Origin: Salpingoeca rosetta
Taxonomy: Eukaryota; Protista; Choanoflagellata
Reading direction: 5' to 3'
DNA length: 64,000 bases
Assembly: GCA_033442325.1 (NCBI GenBank)
Contig: JAWQFM010000003.1
Span: 643,825 to 707,824 of the forward strand
A model generated the notes under the pieces. That model saw only the letters and a list, made by a program, of their open reading frames with translations. It was not told where the DNA came from and did not search any database. How positions within the stretch are numbered: position 1 is the first letter of the stretch; the number at the start of each line of letters is the position of its first letter. This document shows, piece by piece, positions 55,631-64,000 of this stretch. The position numbers and the translations under genes are program-made.

Positions 55631-58600
55631 ATGTCGTATGCACCAAGCCGTGCCAAGAAGAAGGTCAGGGCTGCGATCGCTGTGTATGCTTGCTGTGTGC
55701 GTGTGCGTGTGCTGGGTGTGTGCGTGTGCTGGGTGTGTGTGCTGGGTGTTTGCTTGAGTGTCGATGCTTCCGTGATCGTGGAACACAAGCGTCGATTTGC
55801 TTTGGGGTCACTGACGATCGATCCCATGTCACCATGCCCACACTGTGCACGCCGCATCCTCATTGCCTTTGGTTCATCGTCTGCTGCCTCTGCTTCTTCT
55901 TGTGTTTTCAGGCGCCCAAGTCCTCGGGCTTCTTCTCCAAAAGTGCCTTTGGCTCGGATGATGAGAGCGACTTTGTGCCATCAAGAGCACAGGTGCGCAA
56001 AACACTGCTGTTTGTTGCGCATGGTGCACTTGCAAAGTGCCTTGCCATCTCTCACACTCACACCCAACACATGCACACACCCAACACACACACACACACT
56101 CTCACTCACTCACTCACTCACTCATTCACTCACTCACTCACTCACTCACTCATTCACTCACTCATTCACTCACTCACTCACTCACTCACTCTCACTCACT
56201 CACTCACTCATTCACTCTCTCACTCTCACTCACTCACTCACTCTCACTCACTCACTCTCTCTTTCATGATGCCCCAACAGAAGAAGAAGAAAGGAAAGAA
56301 GAAGGCTGCTCCCTCAAAGGCACGAAGCCCTTCGCCTATTTCAAAGGGTGAGTAACGCCATGCAATGCCCCATGCACTCTTGCTTGCCTTGCGCGCTCAA
56401 GATTAGTGTGAGAAGATGAACTGCTGCCACTGATGCTCATGCCCATGTTCGATCACACCCTAAAAAACAAACACACACACACACACACACACACGATCAC
56501 AACGCTTGTTTGTTTGTGCAAACAGCTGACTTTGACCTTGGCGGAGCAAGTAAGTGTATGTGACAGCTTAATCCCTTCGCTTGAAGTGTTGCTCCAGCCT
56601 ACCCTGCGAATGCGTGGATTCTTTTGTCATCCCTGCTCTGCTTCGCTTGTGTCTGCTCCTTTCTTGGTAATTGTCTCACGTCCTTGTCTCCGTTGCTGCT
56701 GCGTCATCTCTGTGCCTGCTCAGAGAAATCTGCTGGGCCACCTCCCCCGCCGCCGGGCCCGCCACCTCCACCAGCACCGCCGCCACCAGGCAAAAGTGCG
56801 TGCCCCTTAAAACCCCTTGTTTCCCCGTGTGTCAAGCGTGTCAAACCTCCTGCGTATTGTTCGACAATTCACACCATCATGGCTTGCCCTTTAACAACCA
56901 ACCCCCTGTGCGCTCTGACAGAGAAACCAGCTGGCGCACCTCCCCCGCCAGCGCCCCCGCCACCAGGCAAACGTGCGTATGCCTGGCGCGTGTGTCCTCG
57001 CTTCTGTGAGTGTAGTGTCAAGCATCGCCATTCTGCAGCTAACACGTGCTGCTGCACCCCTTGATCCCCGTGTGTTCTTGCAGAGAAAACTTCGGCCCCG
57101 CCTCCCCCACCGCCCGGCCCACCACCACCTCCTGACGCATCCCCACTGGGGAAATCAAGTACGACCGGATACACGCGTTGCGTCCCTACATGCGCCCCTA
57201 AAACTGTCTGGAATGCATGCACTCCTGTTAGTTTGAGCACGCCACTCCTTCAACTCTGTTGTTGCATGTTGTCGTTTGTGTTGCCGTTGCAGAGAAAACC
57301 GCTGCGCCACCGCGAAAGAAAGGTGTACCACCGCCTGCGTCTGTGCAATGCTGTCATCCCATCAGCACAACAACAGTGAACACATACACGCACGTGTGCA
57401 GTGGGCGCACGTGCACGTGCAAATCCAGAAGAGCTTTCGATGGCTTCATTTGATATTCTTGTTATGTTTGCATCGTCTAATGCACATGGTCACGAGCCGC
57501 GCTTCCCACCACTCACCCGTCCACACCATGACAACAACAGCGCCGGCCAAAGACAATGTGCCTCCTCCACCGCCACCACCACCACCTGCTTCCCACACGG
57601 CTGAAGGTGTGCATGCTCGGCACTCTTCGTTGTGTTGTCCACTACCTTACATGCTCGACATCACAACAGTAATCGCTTGCACTCACACAACGGGGTGTTT
57701 ATCTCCCTCCCCTCCCCCTTCCTCTTCCTGCTCCCTGCCTCCCTTCCCTTCCTTCCCTTCTGTCTCCTTCCTGGCTCATGAATACAGACAAGTCAGCCAA
57801 GCTGATGAAGCGCGTCAACGCCGCCATTGCTGCGGGCGCCAGCGACCTGTTCGGGCGCGGCAAGCTCATGCTTGTTGGGCAGGGCCGCGCTGGCAAGACG
57901 ACAACGCTGCGCTCTCTGCTTGCCAAGCCGTTTGAAAAGGACCAGCAGTCCACGGTCGGCGCAGCGACGAGCGACATGGCCGTCACCGTCGACACCCAGG
58001 ACGTTCGCTCCTGGCAGGTGTGTGTTGTGTTGTGTGTTGTGTGCGTGTGTGTGCATGTGTGTGCGCGCATGTGTGTGTGTGCGGGTGCATGATAAGTGTG
58101 TGTGTGTGCACGAATTGTGTGTGCATATTATATTGATCCTACCAATGTGGATGGTGCTGTTTCCCTGCTGCGAATGGCAATCCCACCCACCCCCATCCCA
58201 CCTTCCATCGCGCGGTTTGTCTTGTCTTACAAACACCTTGTGCGCACAATCACGCTGCCCACAGGAGACGAAAGGCGAAGAGTCGGAGATGGCGCGTGCG
58301 CTGCGCTCTGGCGCCATGGTCGACGATGACGACAGCAGCGGCGACGGCGCAGGCAAGCACGCCTTCCGCTCCCCGACGGAGGAGAAGAAGAAGCGCAAGA
58401 AGGCGATGAAGGAGCAGCACAACGGCCGCCAGAGCGAGGCCGTGCTAGCGGATGAGGGCGACGACGACGCCGACGACGCCACTGCCAACGGTGATGACGG
58501 CGCAGATACATCTGCCGCCGCCTCTGAGCTGGAGAAGGCCGTGACCGACCTGAACCTGGAGGCAAACATTGGCACCATCGAGGACGATGGCTTCCGCGTC

Positions 58601-58678
58601 ACGTTCAAGATCTTCGACCTGGGCGGCCAGCCCACCTTCTACATCTTCCATCCGTTCTTCCTCACCAAGTCAGTCTGC

Positions 58679-58721
<43 letters not shown>

Positions 58722-61700
58722 ATTTCTGCACACTTGTGCGCTTTTCTCCCCGTGTGCTTGTGTGTCTGCACGTGCATGCATGCGCACAAATTGTTGTCGT
58801 CGGTTATGGTCGCCACAAGTCCTCCAGCCCCCCCCCCCATATGCGCTATTGCCATCGCGCACTGCGTTCATTCAATTCACTTTGACGCCAACCCGTTCCC
58901 TCCCTCTCCTCTCTTTGTCATGCAGGTATGCGGTGTACGTCGTCGTGTTCTCGATGGCGGACGTCATGAGCAAGGACGAGATGGTGAGCGCGGAGACGTG
59001 GGAGTTTATCGACCACTGGCTCGGCTCCATCTTCCTCTACGCGCGCGGGGCGCCCGTGTTCATGGTGGGCACCTTTGGCGACGAGGTCAATCAGCGCAAG
59101 CAGCACGAGCGCATCTCCCAGCAGATCTTCGAGCGCTTCAGTGCCCACGCCGCCTTCCCGCAGCTCGTGTACAACAAGACGGCCAACATGTGGTTCTGGC
59201 CCGTGGACAACACCCAGTCCATCAAGGACCCGATGATTGCCAACCTGCAGCGCTGCATCTCGGACGAGGCCGGCAAGCAGGAGCACGTGCGCATGCGGGT
59301 CCCCCTGCCGTTTCTGGCGCTGTATGACAAGCTCATGTCGCTGCACAAGGAGGAAGACCGCCCCGTCGTGCGCCTGCCGGAGATTGAGGCGCTTGCCCAC
59401 AAGTTTGGGCTGGATCACCAGGCCACCATCGACTGCCTGCGCTTCTGGCACGAGTACTCCATGCTGCTGTACTTTGACACCGTGCCCGGCATGGAGGAGG
59501 TGGTGATCCTCAGCCCGCAATGGGCGGTCGACGTCATGTGCAAGGTCATCCGGAACTTTGACCTGCACACGGTGCTGCAGGACCGCGAGGCGCGCCACTT
59601 CAACCGCCAGTGGCAGGAGCTCACCCGCCGCGGCATCCTGCACCGTGAAATGCTTGATCTGCTCTGGAGCGACATGGCCAAGGACCTCGTCGACCCGTTC
59701 CTCGACCTCATGATGCGCTTTGGCCTCTGCGTGACGTACCGCGAGCCCACGCGCAACCAGGGCATGACGGCTGGCCTGTCTCTCGACGACGGCACCATCA
59801 CCCACGCCGAAATGGCGGGCGCGCTCTCCTCCTCGCAGAAGCAGCAGCTGCTGCAGCAAGGCGGTGGTGGCGGCGATGACGGCGACGCCGTGGATGCTGC
59901 GGCCAGGGCGTACCTGGTGCCGGCCATTCTGCCGCTCACGCTGGACGGCAGCAAGTTGCCATCCACGACGCTGAGCAGCTTTGCCGGTGGCCAGCTCAAC
60001 CGCTACGACTACCACGACAGGACCGCCGTGTACATATCTTTCTTCCTGGACGACTTTGCCAGCACGGACCCCGTTGTGCTGGTGAATGACCTTGTGCGCA
60101 CGAGCTTCCTGCCGGAGGGCCTCTTCTCGCGCGTCGTCGCCCACCTGATTGGCAGCTCCCAGTTCACCATGGTGACCAAGCCGCGCCTGAGCCGCACGCA
60201 GGCGGACGTGTACTTCCACGACTGCAAGGTGCAGCTGCGCCTTGTGCCCGAGGTTGGCGGCGTGAAGGTGCTCATTGAGGCCGCACAGCCACGCCCGCTG
60301 CTGCGCATGGTGCAGGACACCATCATCCACAGTGTGCAGAAGCACTACGAAGAGCTGCGCGTGTACACGCTGCTGCCGTTTTCCCCCAAGGCACTGCTGT
60401 TCCTCGACGACGTCATTGAACACCACCGCCAGCGCCACTCCATGTGGGTTGAAGGCGCCCAGATCAAGCCAGCAGAGCTTGAGGAGCGCTACGGCACCTG
60501 GCTCCCCACCACGGGCCTGCGTACCTTCTACGACAGCTTCCTCAGCTACAGGTTGGTTGGTGGGCGACGCTCCGACCCTTTGCTGCCCTTTCTCGTGGCA
60601 TATGCAATATCGTCCATGAGATTGCGAACACGTGACACCGGCCTTTCTATTTTCTCACCATTGTGCGCAAACACACACACACACACACACACACGCGCGC
60701 ACGCACGCACGCACGCACACGCACGCAACCGCATATGCGCAAACACACACACACAAACACACACTCTCTCTCACACACTCTCTCTCACTCACACTCACAC
60801 TCACATAATCACACTCACACAAACACCTGCAGGCAAGGCGCCAACAGCAGCTTTGTTGTGAACCTGCATGTTGTTCTGGAGGAGAACCAGCTCATCTCGT
60901 TCCTGGACGCGAACAACCTGGAGACGGGCGTCAACTTCAAGATGGCGTTTATGGAGGCCATCAGCCGCAGCCTTGTGGCGTGCCCCGTCGTCTCTGCGGG
61001 CGCTGTCGAACGCATGTTCCAGATCCGCCACGGCGACTACTGCGACAACGTGCTGCTGGAGTGGATGACCATGCTTGCTTTGCTGGATTACGTCATGGAG
61101 TGCGAGCATGCTGGCCAGGACGTCGTGGCTGACAGCGCCACCAACGGCGACCACGCCACCGCCACGCCCGTGTTCCTGCGCCGCATTGCCCCGCTCGTTG
61201 TCAGCAAGGCCTGGCACAACTCGGAGCTCTCGTCAAACAAGGTCTTCACAGACACGTTTGCCGACCTGCGCACGCTGTGCAACAGCCTGCCGGATGTGGT
61301 GAGCGAGCAGACGACGCGCCCACTGGAGGCGTTCTTCAAGGACCGCCTGCACCTGCGAGCTCCCAAGCGCCGCACGGTTCGCCAGGCAGTGCAGGAGCTG
61401 CTGGACATGGACGCCATCTTCTGCTGGGAGAGCGCAGACGCCACAGACAGCCGCGCGCACCAGGCTGTCGGCGTGGCCGTCACCACGGAAGCGCACAAGG
61501 TGCACCGTCTTCGCGGGTACGCCAACGAGGTGCGCCAGGTTGTGCTGCGCGCCAAGCAGCTGGCAGACGACGATGAGGCGCTCAAGCTTGCCATGCAGGC
61601 TGGCATGGAGCGGTCCGGCGCCCACCTCCTCTCGTCCTCCGCTGCACGCCATGCCACGATGAGCGCATCCCACGACTCCTCCAAGCCGACGCCACCGAAG

Positions 61701-62293
61701 GACGAGCCCGCGCCGGCCCCGCCAGCAGCAGTGGCGGCCTCCACCCTTACTGCACGCGCCATGTCAGACAGGCCTGTTGAGCAGTGGAGCGAGGACGACG
61801 TTGTGGCATGGCTTGCGCAGGAGAAGTTTGACGCAATGGTGCCTGCGTTTCAGCGCGAGCACGTTGACGGCACTCTGCTCATGGCCCTTTCCGATGACAT
61901 GCTCGCCAACGAAATGGTTGGTTTGGCTTGGGTCGAAGAGGGAAAGGGGTGTTGGGGGCATGTACTAACACATTTCTGCTCGCCTCGGTTGGTTGCTTGT
62001 GTCTTCTTTGGTTGACACTTCATGAAGCTTCTACTGTTGTGTTAACACTCACTCACTCACTCACTCACTCACTCACTCACTCACTCACTCACTCACTCAC
62101 TCACTCACTCACTCACTCACCATGGCAGGGTGTCGCCAATCGCGTGCAGCGGATTCGCTTTGAACAGCGCCGTGCCCTGCTGATGGGTACCACGACCCCC
62201 TCCGGCACCACTCCCTCGGCTTCGGCTGCGTCCTCCCGCCCTGCCAGTGCCCGTTCCCGCAGACGCAAGCCCCGTGTCTGCGTCATTGCTTGA
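55631..62293 (+). CDS. Roco-family protein: polyproline N-terminus, ROC GTPase, COR, TIR, SAM, polybasic CaaX (about 1335 aa); exons 55631-55663, 55912-55992, 56281-56347, 56526-56549, 56724-56795, 56922-56972, 57084-57158, 57293-57322, 57541-57606, 57788-58017, 58265-58668, 58926-60551, 60833-61916, 62129-62293
   Basis: ROC: KLMLVGQGRAGKTT, QSTVG, FKIFDLGGQPTFYIFHPFFLT, PVFMVGTFGD. COR: LRFWHEYSMLLYF, VILSPQW, LPEGLFSRVV. TIR: YDSFLSYR...FLDANNLETG...PVVS...DNVLLEW. SAM: VEQWSEDDVVAWL...FQREHVDGTLLMAL. C-terminus RRRKPRVCVIA-stop. Exon phases sum to 4008 nt. The 5' mini-exons are less certain than the core. Confidence 0.85.
56098..56260. repeat. (CACT)n tetranucleotide repeat in a Roco intron; similar tracts at about 975-1060, 16603-16637 and 62046-62120
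   Basis: Tandem cact/gagt units are directly visible. Confidence 0.9.
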
Positions 62294-63563
62294 AAAGGCC
62301 AGCGCACTCGCGCAATGTGACAGCTTCACGCGTGACGTGTCGTGCCAAACCCCCTCTTGCTGATGTCGGGCGCTTTTCATCGTTCCTCCTTGTATGTTTG
62401 CTTGCATGATGGCTGTTTGTTTCGTTGTGGCGCTCGCGTCTTGCTGTCATGCAGCTGAACAATCCACTTTCCAGCACTTGCTTTGTTGCCTGTTTGCTTC
62501 GTTCTGACATGCTTTCGTGTTCTTGCTTCCTTCTTTCGTTCCTCCCTTTGCTGCTTGATCCTTGCTTGCGTTCTCATGCGTGATTGTGCCCCCCCCCCTA
62601 GCTAGCCTGCTCTTTCGTGCCTCTCAACATCTCTCGCACGCACACGTTCATGCACATGCACACATGCCCTGACAAAACCCCCCAACAGAAACATAGCCAA
62701 TCAGAAAAAAATCCCAAACCCCAACCCCAAAGCCGCGCACACTGTCCCACGCCATCGCCAGGTTTTGCTTGACCTTCCTGCTTGCTGCAATCAATCGTGT
62801 ATGGACGAATTGTCAAACGGAAATGGCGCTACGGGAACAACCACGACTTAAAAACAGCGACAACAAACACACAGGACAAGAACGATGCATGCTCGGCCAG
62901 CCAAACACGCACAATGCTCATCACCGCCACTGACACGCCTTGCAAGCAGGCATGGTCGGGTTGGCGGTGCAACATAAAGCAACGCGCAAAGCAACAACAA
63001 AATCACACACCAGCAAACACTATGAGGAGTAACAGGGATGTGTGAACTTGACAGCCACAACGAAAGACCACAAGGAAAGGCGGTGGGCGGACAGAACAGT
63101 TCAAGTAAAAGAGAGAACACGTCAGTGCAAGCATGTGATGCAACACCGGTACGCTACACGCCAAACAAAGAGGCGAACAAACACACAAAAAGAGACACAC
63201 AAAGAGCGCCCATGTACGTGCGCACAGATGATGGCGAAAATGCACACAAAAAGACACAGCAACAACGAACCAAGCAAACAACTCAAACACAACACCAAGA
63301 CAACGACTACACATGGACAATGTACAAGGATCTGCCTCGCGTCTGCTGCGCCATGACAACAGCAACACTGACACGCGTTTGATGCCAAGCGACGCGGCGC
63401 CCACAAAGGACACAAAAGAACACCAAAACACAAACATACACACAAGGAGGGCTCTCAGGTTAAGGGAGAGATGTGTGTGGGGGGGGGCTTGTCAAGGAGC
63501 AGCAGAGAGCGGCAGAGAGGACCACATGAATGTGCCTCGGTTTAGCTCAGGTGATGCTGCTGC

Positions 63564-64000
63564 TCAAATGTTGTCAGCGATGGAGAGCATAAACTTGCGG
63601 TACTTGTTTGGCCCCCATTGCCGCACGCGCTGCCACTTGTCGGGGTGCTGACGGAAGTACACGGCGCAGCCCACAATGACGAGGGCGAGGATGATGCAGG
63701 AGATGGTGACGCTGACAATGAGCGGAAGGTTGCTGCCGCCGCTCACCTGGTAGTAGCCGCCAGCCGGAGCGGCTGCGGACCCACCCACCTGGAACACGGC
63801 CTCCCCGTTGCGGATGCGTGCGTTGGGGATCTTGCGCCGAATCTGATGGCAGCTGGTGCCGTTGTACACACACGCGCGGCCGGCGGGCGTGTCTGGGAAG
63901 TAGTACACGTCACCGTAGGAGATGGCCACTGTCACGGGCATGCGCACGGTGATGGGCTTGCCAGACTCTGGGTCGCGCTCGGGCAGAGCCGTGTACTCCG
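63564..64000 (-). CDS. 3' end of a type I membrane protein, possibly DD3-3-like; continues beyond the right edge
   Basis: Open frame from the window edge with strong GC3 codon bias, a TM helix LIVSVTISCIILALVIVGCAVYF and a short basic tail RQHPDKWQRV...SIADNI-stop. The YFRxHPxKW juxtamembrane motif recalls DD3-3-like proteins (from memory, unverified). Confidence 0.6.
   Translation of the reverse strand, partial: EYTALPERDPESGKPITVRMPVTVAISYGDVYYFPDTPAGRACVYNGTSCHQIRRKIPNARIRNGEAVFQVGGSAAAPAGGYYQVSGGSNLPLIVSVTISCIILALVIVGCAVYFRQHPDKWQRVRQWGPNKYRKFMLSIADNI

Noticed and set aside
56789-56795. Possible GC-AG donors (CCAG|GCAAA) in the proline exons
   Set aside because: Canonical GTGCGT donors lie 6 nt downstream in the same phase and are more parsimonious.
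56724-57606. Polyproline exons as a separate formin or WASP gene
   Set aside because: No FH2, WH2 or acidic VCA region follows, and the phase-1 junctions splice in frame into the ROC exon at 57788.
57788-61916. Recent horizontal transfer of the Roco-TIR from bacteria
   Set aside because: The gene has 13 predicted host-style introns and host-like codon usage. An ancient transfer cannot be judged without a phylogeny.

Overview
Eukaryotic, GC-rich, intron-dense DNA with (CA)n/(TG)n microsatellites in most introns. The style matches a choanoflagellate such as Salpingoeca rosetta (an inference from composition and gene content). Most ORFs in the supplied track are microsatellite or antisense shadows. 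Splicing by hand gives 12 protein-coding genes: WASHC4 (-, runs off the left edge), SNRK-like kinase (+), an orphan type I membrane protein (-), a 128-aa membrane protein (+), INTS7 (-), RPB2 (+), TTLL9 (-), a ZC2HC1-family zinc finger (+), ELP2 (-), a very large RalGAP alpha subunit (+), a Roco protein (+), and the 3' end of a type I membrane protein, possibly DD3-3-like (-). The first ten genes form five consecutive head-to-head pairs. The standout is the Roco gene (55631-62293, about 1335 aa). It has a polyproline N-terminus built from symmetric phase-1 mini-exons, a ROC GTPase, COR, a SARM1-like TIR domain that keeps the putative catalytic Glu, a SARM1-like SAM domain, and a polybasic-CaaX (CVIA) tail. 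This is a candidate membrane-anchored, GTPase-gated NADase immune or cell-death device. All family assignments come from remembered motifs, not database searches.
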